Assembly: GCA_018818125.1 (NCBI GenBank)
Contig: JAHISQ010000120.1
Span: 4,658 to 68,657, forward strand
Direction of reading: 5' to 3'
Length of the DNA: 64,000 nt
Source: Candidatus Rifleibacteriota bacterium
Lineage (GTDB): Bacteria > Muiribacteriota > Ozemobacteria > Ozemobacterales > Ozemobacteraceae
The translations under genes were made by a program, and so were the position numbers. This document shows positions 8,211-18,049 of the stretch, piece after piece; position 1 is the first letter of the stretch, and every line of letters starts with the position of its first letter. The notes under the pieces are model-generated. The model did not search any database. It saw nothing but the letters and a program-made list of their open reading frames with translations, and was not told the DNA's origin.

Positions 8211-9209
8211 GTGAAAATTACTGCATTTATAAGACTGATGAGTCTGGTTTTGTGTCTCAGATCTGTTGGAATCCCGGATTCTGCTGCAGAGACATGTAGC
8301 ATTCTTGAAAAAAGAGACCTCGTTGCACCGTCTGGCGGTCATTACCACCTGTTTATGCCAGTTTCCCCGGCTGGCATCACCGTAATTGCAGCGCATGGCG
8401 TCACGCTCGATGGCTATAATGACTTTAGAGTCGTTCAGTTTGCCCGTGCGCTGGCCGGTTCCGGGGTGGTCTGTGTACTTCCAGACCTGCATCACATCGC
8501 TAACGGTAGTTTTAATACGAAAGATCTCGATCTGATCAGTGAGTTGATTTGTGAGTATGAGCAAAACAAGGCACGGCGCCTCGGTCTGGTTGGCTTCAGT
8601 TATGCCGCAAGTTACGTGCTGACCGCTGCGGCCAGTGAAGAGTCAGCTGCAAAAGTTTCTTCTGTTACAACATTTGGAGCATGCTATTCAATTTCCGAAT
8701 CATTCAAAATCAGCGAATCGTTCAAAGCTCTGCCGGAAACTGATCTCGAGTGGGATAAATACATTCATTTTGCTTTAATGGGGATTCATCGATTCTACAG
8801 GGAAATGGGTATACCTTCACATATTGCAGGTGAATGCGAGGATCTGCTGAGAGACTACTGCAGTCTTTATTCGATTGAGTTCAAGCGCCAGTTTTACCAA
8901 AGCAGGCTTGCGAGCTATGAACCGCTAGAATTCTACCGCACGCAAGTTATGCACGATTCGCTTGACAAGCTGTCGCCGAAAGGCAAACTTGCCGGCATAA
9001 AATGCAAAGTATCATTGATTCATGGTGTCGACGATCACATGATTCCAGCACATGAATCTCGAAGAATCCATGCTGAGCTGAGTATGGCACAACGTCCGGT
9101 CGACTCTCGCCTTCTCGTCACCAGTCTTCTCGGGCATGTTCATCCCGGTCAGATCAAACTGTTTGAGCTGCTGCAGTTTGTGAAGTCTCTTCGGCTGATT
9201 TTTGATTAA
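8211..9209 (+). CDS. Secreted alpha/beta-hydrolase-fold protein
   Basis: Signal-peptide-like N-terminus, AHG, nucleophile elbow GFSYA, LIHGVDD, late His (LLGH). Confidence 0.75.
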   Translation: MKITAFIRLMSLVLCLRSVGIPDSAAETCSILEKRDLVAPSGGHYHLFMPVSPAGITVIAAHGVTLDGYNDFRVVQFARALAGSGVVCVLPDLHHIANGSFNTKDLDLISELICEYEQNKARRLGLVGFSYAASYVLTAAASEESAAKVSSVTTFGACYSISESFKISESFKALPETDLEWDKYIHFALMGIHRFYREMGIPSHIAGECEDLLRDYCSLYSIEFKRQFYQSRLASYEPLEFYRTQVMHDSLDKLSPKGKLAGIKCKVSLIHGVDDHMIPAHESRRIHAELSMAQRPVDSRLLVTSLLGHVHPGQIKLFELLQFVKSLRLIFD

Positions 9210-9212
9210 TCT

Positions 9213-9302
9213 GGCGAGAGTAGCGTTAGAGCTATTCCGCACCAATCAGCGTGATTCACGAATTACGAATGAGATTGAAGATTTTCGAATTGATGAAGTG
9301 AT
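9213..9302 (+). pseudogene. Internally deleted fragment of the ECF sigma gene at 11459
   Basis: 9213-9280 matches 11692-11759 (8 mismatches) and 9281-9302 matches 11793-11814 (1 mismatch); 33 nt are missing between two TTGAAG copies. Confidence 0.9.
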
Positions 9303-9517
9303 CCGACCTGCTCGTGGCTTCACGTTATGTTGCAAAAATCATAGCCATTATCAGTTCAGGTATGCTAAAAATACTCATGTTAACAGACTACCTTAGGTAG
9401 ATGTGAGGAATGCCATACTGTTTTGCATACTAGATAACTTTGTTTGGTGAGCTGTTGTTGCAAGCAGGTCGCAAATAGTTTTGGACATAAGGATTAAGCA
9501 GGTAATTTATTAGTAAC

Positions 9518-11299
9518 ATGCTCAGAAACCGGCTAAAAAATTTCCCTGTCAAAATTCGGATATTTATTCCGATCCTTCTGATCATCGTTTTGTCGGTTTC
9601 GCTTGTCACCTGGTATTCTGTCTATGTTTCCAATCAAAATCTTTATGAGCTGGTTGAAAACTACCTGAGGAACGAAGTTCAATCTCTTAAGATAATGTTT
9701 GAGCGTGAGCATGAATTAAAGCTCTTAAAAGCCAAAAAAGATATGCGTGTAATTGACTCCTTTTTTCATCATCAGCAGCTTCGCATATCAGACGAAAAAA
9801 TTGATTTTTCGATCCGCTTTCCAGATGCTGAGAAGAATTGCGTAGTTTCTCTTAATAAATGGTATTTGGGTGATAGTCTTTTACATAATAATTTTGATTT
9901 TGTCGACACCATCGAGAAGATCGTAGGCAGCAAGGCAACTATTTTCCAGAAGTCTGAAGTTGGTTTTGTCAGAATTTCAACCAATGTTATGGATAATAAT
10001 AATGCGCGTGCCGTGGGAACGGTAATTCCTTTTGATTCGCCTATAGTAGACAGTATTAACAAGTCCGAGCATTATTTTGGACGGGCTTATGTGGTTAACG
10101 ACTGGTATGTAACGGGTTATGAACCCATCTATTTTAACGACGAAGTTGTCGGTATGCTTTTTGTCGGAACCAGGGAAAAGGATCTGCCCGAATTGTCGCG
10201 CAAGTTTATGAAACTGAATATCGGCAAATCCGGCTATCCATTTGTTTTTGACAAGACAGGTGAGATAGTTATCAATCATGATCGTGCTCAGCATGATTGG
10301 GTAGACAAGGTAATTATCAACGCCATTGTCGAACAGAAGACAGGTTTGAAGAGGTTTTTGTCGCCGGTTGATGGGAAAAGAAAAATCATCGCATTTGATT
10401 ATTTTCCTGAATTTGAGCTCTATATTGCTGCTTTTGTAAACGAAAGTGAAGAAACCAGGCAGATGATGCGACATCTGATTTATGGTTCTGTTATAGTTTC
10501 TCTTTTGCTGATTATGGTGATTTCGATCACCGTCTATTTTATGACCATTGAAAAGCTTCATGGCTATTTGGAGGCTCTGAAAAACAGAGATCAGGAGCTT
10601 TATAGTGCAAAAGAAGCTCTTGAACAATCTGAAAAACTGGCTACCATGGGGCAGCTTGCTGCCGGAATAGCCCATGAAGTGAATAATCCTCTTGGCGTGG
10701 TACTTATGTACAGCCATCTTCTCATGGAGGACTGCGAACCTACTTCAAGGATTTACAAAGATCTTGAAACGGTTGCGACGCAGGCCAACCGCTGCAAAAC
10801 TATTGTTTCTGGTTTGCTGAATTTTGCCAGAAAAAACCAGATAAACAAGAAAGAAGTCAGACTTGGCCAATTTATTGAATCGATTCGAAAAAACCTGGTC
10901 ATACCTGGAACGGTTGCTTTTTCGATCATCAGTGATTGCTCAGAAGATGAGATTGCCATTGATGAAGCACAAATGACACAAGTGTTCGTAAACCTGGTCA
11001 ATAACTCTATCGATGCGGTAAAGTCTTCTGGTGAGATTATTCTGAGTGCCAGCACAGATGGGCAGCATGTTTTTTTCAAAGTTGAAGATAATGGCGCTGG
11101 CATCAGCGAAGAGAATCAGAAGCACTTGTTTGAACCATTTTTTTCGACAAAAGAAATGGGCAAGGGCACTGGACTTGGTCTTGCGGTCTGCTACGGCATC
11201 GTTAAGATGCACAATGGTAAGATAGATGTCGAATCTTGCGCAGATCCAGCCAAAGGCAAAACTTTTACCCGATTTGTCATTACGTTGCCGCAAATGTAA
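9518..11299 (+). CDS. Cache-domain sensor histidine kinase
   Basis: Two TM helices around a Cache-type domain (FVRISTN, YFGRAYVV); H-box AHEVNNPL, N-box NLVNNSIDA, DNGAGI, FFSTK, GTGLGL. Confidence 0.92.
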   Translation: MLRNRLKNFPVKIRIFIPILLIIVLSVSLVTWYSVYVSNQNLYELVENYLRNEVQSLKIMFEREHELKLLKAKKDMRVIDSFFHHQQLRISDEKIDFSIRFPDAEKNCVVSLNKWYLGDSLLHNNFDFVDTIEKIVGSKATIFQKSEVGFVRISTNVMDNNNARAVGTVIPFDSPIVDSINKSEHYFGRAYVVNDWYVTGYEPIYFNDEVVGMLFVGTREKDLPELSRKFMKLNIGKSGYPFVFDKTGEIVINHDRAQHDWVDKVIINAIVEQKTGLKRFLSPVDGKRKIIAFDYFPEFELYIAAFVNESEETRQMMRHLIYGSVIVSLLLIMVISITVYFMTIEKLHGYLEALKNRDQELYSAKEALEQSEKLATMGQLAAGIAHEVNNPLGVVLMYSHLLMEDCEPTSRIYKDLETVATQANRCKTIVSGLLNFARKNQINKKEVRLGQFIESIRKNLVIPGTVAFSIISDCSEDEIAIDEAQMTQVFVNLVNNSIDAVKSSGEIILSASTDGQHVFFKVEDNGAGISEENQKHLFEPFFSTKEMGKGTGLGLAVCYGIVKMHNGKIDVESCADPAKGKTFTRFVITLPQM

Positions 11300-11458
11300 A
11301 CCCGGCAAACAGGCTGTAAGGTAAGATTGCTCGTTGAGCTCATAAAGTCAGCTTGAGCGACGGGTTCGTCTCTTACCATTAAAAAATAAAAAAAATACTT
11401 GTCGCAAAATGATTGTTTTGCTTCACTAACCTGCAGAATCTAATCTTTTGAAAGAAAT

Positions 11459-12004
11459 GTGATGGAACTACCAGATAAAGAATTAATCGAAAAATGTCTC
11501 TCAGAGAATTCAGACTACTTCCGTTTTCTCGTCAGACGTTATGAGAAGCCATTGTTTGCATATTTGCTTGGAAGGTTGAAAAATCGTCAGCAGGCCGTCG
11601 AAGCTGCGCAAGAGGCTATGGTCAGGGCATATATGGGACTATCTAACTTGAAAAAGCCTGAATCATTTCATTCATGGCTAATTGGTATTGGGGCGAGAGT
11701 AGCCTTAGAGTTATTTCGCACTAACCAGCGTGATTCAAGAAACACGAATGAGATTGAAGGTTTTGCTGCAGAAAGAGTCGGAGATGTTGAAGATTTTAGA
11801 ATTGATGAAGTGATAGCCGAATTGCCTGAAATTCAACGACAGATGATTTTATTGCGCTATTACGAGAGCTATTCATGCCTGGAGGTTGCTGAACTTTTGC
11901 AGATACCGATTGGAACGGTTACCAAGACACTTTCCCGGGCTTACGCAACTTTGAGACAAAAGCTCAGTGTAACTTCCCCGGAGCTTTTGGAGGCTTTATC
12001 ATGA
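11459..12004 (+). CDS. ECF sigma-70 factor
   Basis: Region 2 (LVRRYEKPLF...SFHSWL) and region 4 (LPEIQRQMILLRYY...IPIGTVTKTLSRA); start is GTG 11459 or ATG 11462. Confidence 0.93.
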   Translation: MMELPDKELIEKCLSENSDYFRFLVRRYEKPLFAYLLGRLKNRQQAVEAAQEAMVRAYMGLSNLKKPESFHSWLIGIGARVALELFRTNQRDSRNTNEIEGFAAERVGDVEDFRIDEVIAELPEIQRQMILLRYYESYSCLEVAELLQIPIGTVTKTLSRAYATLRQKLSVTSPELLEALS

Positions 12005-13350
12005 ATTGCAATGAATGTCAGGAATATATGGTGGCTCACCTTGAGGGAGCACTGGAACAAGAAACGGATCTTGCCTGGAAGAAACATCTCAGTGAATGTG
12101 ATGACTGCAAAGAAATTTTGCAGTCGTTTCAGGAATTAGAATTTGAACTTAAGAAACGCGGGCCCATAACGGCAGACGTGTCGTTGGTGAATCCTGTAAT
12201 GGACAGGATCAAGCGTATTGAGGTGAACAAACAATCTCAAGAAACTGAAAGGAGCACGTTTATGAGCAGACTTCTTAAGTGGCGCTGGTCAATGGGAGTT
12301 GGGGCATTTGCCGGCATGGCTTTGCTCATTCTTCTGGTGGTATTTCCGGGAACAAATAACATTGCTGCTGCGGCTGAGGCAATTTCAAGAGGAGTAAAGG
12401 CTATTGGCAAACTTACAAGTATTCATCTGAAAGGAAAGCTGCGCACTCTGCCGCGCGATAATTTTTCCTCTATTGCCCCTGACCAGGAGTTTGTCGACAT
12501 CGAATTGTGGAAGGAATTCAAGCCCGCTGTAAAATGGAAAGTGGAAAAGCCAGGAAGAATCGCGGCAATGAATGGTGAGACAACTATACTTTTTATTCGG
12601 CCAGATTATGCATATAAAATTCCTGAACCAACCAGAAGCGCTTTTGATACCGGATGGCTTCTTCAGATCGCTGATATTTCAGGATCATTGAATGAAGAAT
12701 TGAAAACCATAGAAAAAAATGGTTTGAAAACAAAGGTAGAGCATATTAAAGATGCCTCCGGCAATCCGAAAACAGAGGTTACAGTAGAGGTAAAATCTGC
12801 CTACAGCGGTGATGATTTTCTGAAGAACACATTTTTCTGCACTGCTGACACGCGTCGGGTATATGTTTTCGATGATCAGAGCGGCTTGCTGACCGCTGCC
12901 AGAATCTATCTTGAAGGCTGGACGGATTCTACGCTTTTATTCGAGCTTTCACAAATCGATTACGATCCTGAATTTGCTTCAGAAACCTTTCAAATAGATC
13001 TTCCTGAAGATGTCACCTGGGACAGGTCGGGAGATATATTGCCAGACAATAAAAAATATGAGGCTATGAGCTCAGAAGAAGCAGCCCGCACTTTTTTTGA
13101 AGCTTGTGGTCGCGAAGATTGGGAAGAGGCAGGAAAGTTTGACACCATAACCACTTCCTTCAAAACCTATTATGGTGGCATTAAAATTATCAGTCTGGGC
13201 GAGCATTTTACTGGAATGATTTCCCTAATCAATGGTGATGAATTTGTTCCTTACGAAATTGAGCTAAGAGATGGCACCAAACGGAAACATAATATTGCTC
13301 TGAGGCGCCATCAGACAACAAACCGCTGGTTTGTTGACGGCGGGATCTAA
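12001..13350 (+). CDS. Zinc-finger (ZAS/zf-HC2) anti-sigma factor with a large extracytoplasmic domain
   Basis: N-terminal MNCNEC...HLSECDDC (HxxxCxxC), one TM helix, ATGA coupling to the sigma gene. Confidence 0.85.
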   Translation: MNCNECQEYMVAHLEGALEQETDLAWKKHLSECDDCKEILQSFQELEFELKKRGPITADVSLVNPVMDRIKRIEVNKQSQETERSTFMSRLLKWRWSMGVGAFAGMALLILLVVFPGTNNIAAAAEAISRGVKAIGKLTSIHLKGKLRTLPRDNFSSIAPDQEFVDIELWKEFKPAVKWKVEKPGRIAAMNGETTILFIRPDYAYKIPEPTRSAFDTGWLLQIADISGSLNEELKTIEKNGLKTKVEHIKDASGNPKTEVTVEVKSAYSGDDFLKNTFFCTADTRRVYVFDDQSGLLTAARIYLEGWTDSTLLFELSQIDYDPEFASETFQIDLPEDVTWDRSGDILPDNKKYEAMSSEEAARTFFEACGREDWEEAGKFDTITTSFKTYYGGIKIISLGEHFTGMISLINGDEFVPYEIELRDGTKRKHNIALRRHQTTNRWFVDGGI

Positions 13351-13372
13351 TCAATCGCTATTTTTGAATCTA

Positions 13373-13409
13373 AAGCATCCGAAGTTGGCTTAACCAGCTT
13401 TGGGTGCTT
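13373..13409 (+). terminator. Probable intrinsic terminator after the sigma/anti-sigma operon
   Basis: AAGCATCCGAAGTTGG pairs with CCAGCTTTGGGTGCTT (GU pairs allowed); a T-rich tail follows. Confidence 0.6.
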
Positions 13410-13581
13410 ATTCTCTGTCTTATCGCTTAACTGGTTCATAATAATGATAACATTCGCGCCACCGCGTTCCAGGTTTAGACAATACAACTGTGTAAAAAGT
13501 GGACTTTTGTGCGCCTTATACAGGATCTTTCTTCCCTGGTTAACGCCGCGAAAGGAAAAAATAGAAAAATATCGACGTATC

Positions 13582-13590
13582 TGCTAGAAT
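13582..13590 (+). promoter_or_regulatory. Extended -10 promoter element upstream of the ABC operon
   Basis: TGCTAGAAT (TGn + TAGAAT) 30 nt before the permease start; no strong -35. Confidence 0.4.
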
Positions 13591-13619
13591 TCACTTTGAA
13601 TCAATAGAGGGGGTGTATC

Positions 13620-14552
13620 TTGGCAGTTACAAGTTCAAAAGACACCGCGATTTCCTTTGGCTTTTTATCGCCGTTTCTGCTGTTTTTCGGCGTGTTCCTG
13701 ATCTTTCCGATCTTTTATTCGTTTTATCTGAGCTTTTTTGGCTCACCAACCGATTACAGCCTTGCCAATCTCGATTTTGTCGGCCTGAAGAATTACTTCA
13801 GAATCGCTACTGATGTGCAGTTCTGGTGGTCTTTGGGTGTTACCGCATTATACGGTATTCTCAGCATTCCGCTTGGCATCACGGCCTCGCTTGCTTTGGC
13901 ACTGCTGCTCGACAACAAGCTTTTTGGCAAAAGTTTTTTCAGAAGTGCTTTCTTTTTGCCCAACGTTCTTGACATGCTGGTAGTTGGTGTTATCTGGACC
14001 CTCATCTATGCTCCGCGTTACGGCGCCCTGGCACAGGTCACCACCTGGCTGTTCAGTGAAGACAATTTTTTCAACACAACCGGACTGCTTGGCAGTCCGA
14101 TGACCGCTCTGCTCGCTGTCGTTATTGCCATGGTGCTCAAGGGTGCCGGCTTCGGCATGGTGCTGTTTCTCGCAGCACTGCAGAATATTCCCGAAGCTGT
14201 TTACGAGGCCGCAGACATCGATGGCGCAACTGAATGGCAGAAATTCAAACACATCACAGTGCCGCTATTGCGCCCGATCATCTTTTTTATGGTAATTACC
14301 GGGATTATCGCCTCGCTTAACGCTTTTACCGAAATTTACGCAATGACTGCAGGTGGCCCCCAGGTCGTAATTGCCGGTGAAACTGTCGGTTCGACTTCGG
14401 TTGCCGGTTACTACCTGTTCAAGCAGTTTGATGCCGGCAACTACGGCTACGCTGCCGCCATCTCGTACATGCTGCTTATTATCACGCTTGGTATAACCTG
14501 GCTGCAGCAGTGGCTGCTCAACCGTGGCAGTGCCCCGGAGGTAAAGAAATGA
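13620..14552 (+). CDS. Carbohydrate ABC transporter permease
   Basis: FVGLKNY, EAA loop [22 protein letters not shown]. Confidence 0.93.
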   Translation: MAVTSSKDTAISFGFLSPFLLFFGVFLIFPIFYSFYLSFFGSPTDYSLANLDFVGLKNYFRIATDVQFWWSLGVTALYGILSIPLGITASLALALLLDNKLFGKSFFRSAFFLPNVLDMLVVGVIWTLIYAPRYGALAQVTTWLFSEDNFFNTTGLLGSPMTALLAVVIAMVLKGAGFGMVLFLAALQNIPEAVYEAADIDGATEWQKFKHITVPLLRPIIFFMVITGIIASLNAFTEIYAMTAGGPQVVIAGETVGSTSVAGYYLFKQFDAGNYGYAAAISYMLLIITLGITWLQQWLLNRGSAPEVKK

Positions 14553-15739
14553 CCAGCTTAACTGCTCTCTCACCCCACGAAACACACTCAGCTAAAGTTG
14601 GCCGGGTTTTGTATTTCGTTCTTCTCGTTGCCATAATGATTTCGATGTCGTATGTGATCTCGGGTCAGCTCTTCAAATTCGCGGTAATGGCCCTGTCGGC
14701 CTATGTTGCCCCGGAGGGCGCCACTGCCGTCGCTGAAGCGAGCAAACTGATGAGCAGTATGACAGTTGTACATAATGGTTTGGCCGTGGTGTTGACCATA
14801 GTTCTCACCATAATTGTTGTTCGCAAGTTTATCAACACCGGTCATGTGCATCGCATGGCTTTTCTACACCGCATGGTGCTTTATCTTGCGCTGATTGTCG
14901 GTGTGGTTGTGGTGCTTTTTCCCTTTTTCTGGATGCTCTGCACTGCCTTCAAACCCTCGGGCCAGGAGCTGGTGATAAGTAAGACCAACCCGTTTGACAT
15001 CGTGCCTTCTGAGCCAACGCTTGATAACTTCAGGCGCGTGCTCAAAATCGACGCCGCATCAAAAGCCATGGCAGCCGTCGATGCAATTGAGCAGAAGAAA
15101 AACTTTGGCACCTTTTTTCTCAACAGCCTGCTGGTAGCTACCACGGCTGCTTTCATGGTTACCTTTTTTGCTGCGATGGGCGCTTACGTTTTCTCGAAAA
15201 AGCAGCTGCCTTACAAACAGCAGATCTTCATGCTGCTGCTTGCTACCATGATGATTCCCGGCATGATGTTCATGGTTCCGCAGTTTTTCATGGTTTGCAA
15301 GATGGGCCTGTTCGGAACCAAATGGGCGATGTTTCTGCCGCATCTGGCGTCGGTCTTTGGCATTTTCATGCTTAAACAGTTCATGGATACCATACCAGAT
15401 TCACTGATCGAAGCGGCTCAGATTGATGGCGCTTCTGAGTGGCAGGTATTCAGAGTGGTTATCGTGCCGCTGGCGTTTCCGATTATTCTGACTCTGTTTT
15501 TGTTGACCTTTCTGTTTCACTGGTCAAACTTTCTCTGGCAGCTTATTGTCACCAACTTTGAGAATCCGCTAAGTATTACATTGCCAGTTGGCCTGGCGCT
15601 GTTTCGTGGCCAATATACCTCTGAACTGGGTCTGATCATGTCTGCTTCGTGTTTCTCAATCGTGCCGATTGCCGTGCTGTTTTTGTTTGCGCAGCGCTAC
15701 TTCATCGCCGGCATGACTCAGGGCGCGGTCAAGGAATAG
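14549..15739 (+). CDS. Carbohydrate ABC transporter permease with N-terminal extension
   Basis: ATG 14549 overlaps the previous stop; [43 protein letters not shown]. Confidence 0.92.
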   Translation: MTSLTALSPHETHSAKVGRVLYFVLLVAIMISMSYVISGQLFKFAVMALSAYVAPEGATAVAEASKLMSSMTVVHNGLAVVLTIVLTIIVVRKFINTGHVHRMAFLHRMVLYLALIVGVVVVLFPFFWMLCTAFKPSGQELVISKTNPFDIVPSEPTLDNFRRVLKIDAASKAMAAVDAIEQKKNFGTFFLNSLLVATTAAFMVTFFAAMGAYVFSKKQLPYKQQIFMLLLATMMIPGMMFMVPQFFMVCKMGLFGTKWAMFLPHLASVFGIFMLKQFMDTIPDSLIEAAQIDGASEWQVFRVVIVPLAFPIILTLFLLTFLFHWSNFLWQLIVTNFENPLSITLPVGLALFRGQYTSELGLIMSASCFSIVPIAVLFLFAQRYFIAGMTQGAVKE

Positions 15740-15749
15740 GAGAAATACC

Positions 15750-17027
15750 ATGAACGAAAGAAAGCTTATAGTCGTTGCGGTTATCGCCTATCTTGCACTG
15801 GTTTTTGTCTGCTGGGATGACTCGATCACCAGCAGCCCCGATGGTCGCAAAATTCTTACTTTCTGGCATACCTACAACGACCAGGAAGAGCAGGTTCTGC
15901 GCAGTATAATCAAAGACTGGGAAACCGCCAACGCGAGTTTTACTATTCGCCCGGTTCGCATACCCTTCGATGGCCACAAAGCCAAGCTCAGAACCGCTTT
16001 GACTGTTGGACAGGGCCCAGATATGGCTCGTGTCGACTGGTCTTTTGTCTGCGAACTTGCTCGTAAAAATTCAGTAATCGACCTCGAAACCCTCGGCTTC
16101 GAAAAGATTCGAGATCAGTATTTGCCGGCTCCGCTTAAAAGCGCCTTTATTGACGGAAAATACTACGGAATCCCGGATCAGAGCACCTGTGTGGCGATGT
16201 TCTACAATCGTCAGATGTTCAAAGCTGCTGGCCTGATCGGACCTGCCGAAGAAGACCAGAATAAAGTCGAAGAAGTAGTATTGCCAAAGACCTGGGAAGA
16301 ATTCATTGAAGTCGGCAAAAAGCTCACTGATAAATCAAAAGATCAGTATGCCTTTGCCATGACCAATACCCTCTGGTGGAATCTGCCATTTTTCAACAGT
16401 TATGGTGCCCGCATCGTTTCTGAAGACGGCAAAAAGTGCGTCCTCGACTCAGACTCGGCAGTGCAGGCCCTCGAAATGATGGCCTCGCTGGTCAATGAGC
16501 ACAAAATCGAAGCTGGCGCGTGGCGGCCGGGTGCAATTTCCCCGGAACAGGGCTTTGTTAACGGCAAATATGCGATGGTTTTTATGGGTCCCTGGAACCT
16601 TGCCAAATTCGCTACCGCTAAAATGGATTTCGGCGTCGGGTTGATCCCTGGCGGAACTGCTGGCACCTCGACCAACGTTGGCGGAACTGATGTCGTAATT
16701 TTCAAGGGCACCAATTATGCGGCCGAGTGCTACGATTTTTTGACATTTTTTACCAGTGCCGAGAACCAGAAAACGTGGTGTACTGAGCTCAATCAGTTGC
16801 CTATCAATCTTGGCGCTTACGATCTTGTCAGCTTCGATGATCCCAACCTGAGGGTGTTCATGGAACAGATGAAGCACGCCGGCCCCAACCCGGTAGTCAA
16901 AGACTACGCTTTGCTCGAAGATCTTATTAACCCCGAAGTTGAAGCGGTGCTCTCAGGCCAGAAAACTGCGCGCGAAGCACTCACTACTGCTGCAAAGAAG
17001 GTTCAAGAGCGTCTGATCGACTTGTGA
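15750..17027 (+). CDS. Carbohydrate ABC transporter substrate-binding protein
   Basis: LTFWHT, GPDMARVD, YGIP...MFYNRQMF, PKTWEEF, GKYAMVFMGPW. Confidence 0.92.
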   Translation: MNERKLIVVAVIAYLALVFVCWDDSITSSPDGRKILTFWHTYNDQEEQVLRSIIKDWETANASFTIRPVRIPFDGHKAKLRTALTVGQGPDMARVDWSFVCELARKNSVIDLETLGFEKIRDQYLPAPLKSAFIDGKYYGIPDQSTCVAMFYNRQMFKAAGLIGPAEEDQNKVEEVVLPKTWEEFIEVGKKLTDKSKDQYAFAMTNTLWWNLPFFNSYGARIVSEDGKKCVLDSDSAVQALEMMASLVNEHKIEAGAWRPGAISPEQGFVNGKYAMVFMGPWNLAKFATAKMDFGVGLIPGGTAGTSTNVGGTDVVIFKGTNYAAECYDFLTFFTSAENQKTWCTELNQLPINLGAYDLVSFDDPNLRVFMEQMKHAGPNPVVKDYALLEDLINPEVEAVLSGQKTAREALTTAAKKVQERLIDL

Positions 17028-17129
17028 ACTAAATATTGAAAACTGTTTTTTTGTTGAAAGCCGTATCAAATGGCAGACTCTGGTAGCCATTTGCTGAATA
17101 CTTTTTTCAGCATAGTCAGGTAAAAACTT

Positions 17130-18011
17130 GTGGACATTAAAACGCTTTTTATATGCAATGCGTCCATAGTTCTTTTTATGGCTTCGGCTTTTTTGTTTTA
17201 CAGGGTCAACTATAAAACTTATCCGGGCTATGGAAGCTGGCTTTGTTCTCTTTTTGCCATGGCGATCGGTTATTGTTCAATCATTTTTCGTGAAACAATG
17301 CCTACTGCATTAGGTATTGGATTGACGAATGTCGCGTTTATTTCTGTTGGAGTTTTTCGCCTGGATGCCGTCAAGAGATTTACGCAGGGGCAAGAACTTA
17401 AAAAAGTGTATTATCTTCTCCCCGTTGCGGTGCTTCCATTCGCAATGTATTTTTATCTTGTCAAAGATGCCATAATCATTCGCACCTTCTTTACAAGCTT
17501 GTTTCTGGCATTACCGGCTTTACTCATCAGTGCAGAACTCTATAAAAACAGAAACAGAGAAAATAGTAATCTCTTCTTGGCCATTGCTGGATTAAATGCA
17601 TTCAATGTTTTGCTCCTTATGCTTCGTGCAATCATCGGGCTTTCAAGCACAAATGCCACTTTGTTTTCAAGCGAAAAAATTCACCAGATTTATTTTCTGG
17701 CAGTAATTGTTATAGAGGTTGGAGTCGGAATTGCCTGGTTGATGATGAACAACCAGCGCCTTGAAGTAGAGTTGCGAGCATCACGGGACAGTCTGCAAAC
17801 AACAAATACTGAGCTTGAAAAGGCGCTGTCAGAGGTTAAGGCGTTGAGCGGAATAATTCCGATATGTATGCATTGCAAAGAAATCAGAGACGATAAGGGT
17901 TACTGGAATCAGCTTGAAACATTCATTTCAAGACATTCCGAGGCTAAATTCAATCATAGTATCTGCCCGAGATGTCTGAAAGAAAAATATCCGGATTTGG
18001 ATGATGACTGA
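17130..18011 (+). CDS. Multi-TM membrane sensor with coiled coil and C-terminal Cys/His module
   Basis: About seven hydrophobic helices, coiled coil, then IPICMHCKEIRDDKGYW...HSICPRC. Confidence 0.8.
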   Translation: MDIKTLFICNASIVLFMASAFLFYRVNYKTYPGYGSWLCSLFAMAIGYCSIIFRETMPTALGIGLTNVAFISVGVFRLDAVKRFTQGQELKKVYYLLPVAVLPFAMYFYLVKDAIIIRTFFTSLFLALPALLISAELYKNRNRENSNLFLAIAGLNAFNVLLLMLRAIIGLSSTNATLFSSEKIHQIYFLAVIVIEVGVGIAWLMMNNQRLEVELRASRDSLQTTNTELEKALSEVKALSGIIPICMHCKEIRDDKGYWNQLETFISRHSEAKFNHSICPRCLKEKYPDLDDD

Positions 18012-18049
18012 TTCAGTTAATCTGCTATAACATGCGCCGCGCGCTGTGA

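Noticed and set aside
9202-9396. 64-aa ORF as a real small gene
   Set aside because: It is the ECF stub read through into unrelated sequence, with a TTG start inside the hydrolase gene and no RBS.
9977-10717. 246-aa antisense ORF inside the histidine kinase
   Set aside because: Shadow frame of a well-supported gene with no motifs; the same applies to 8157-8564, 20791-21360, 24395-24979, 53698-54498 and other nested ORFs in the track.
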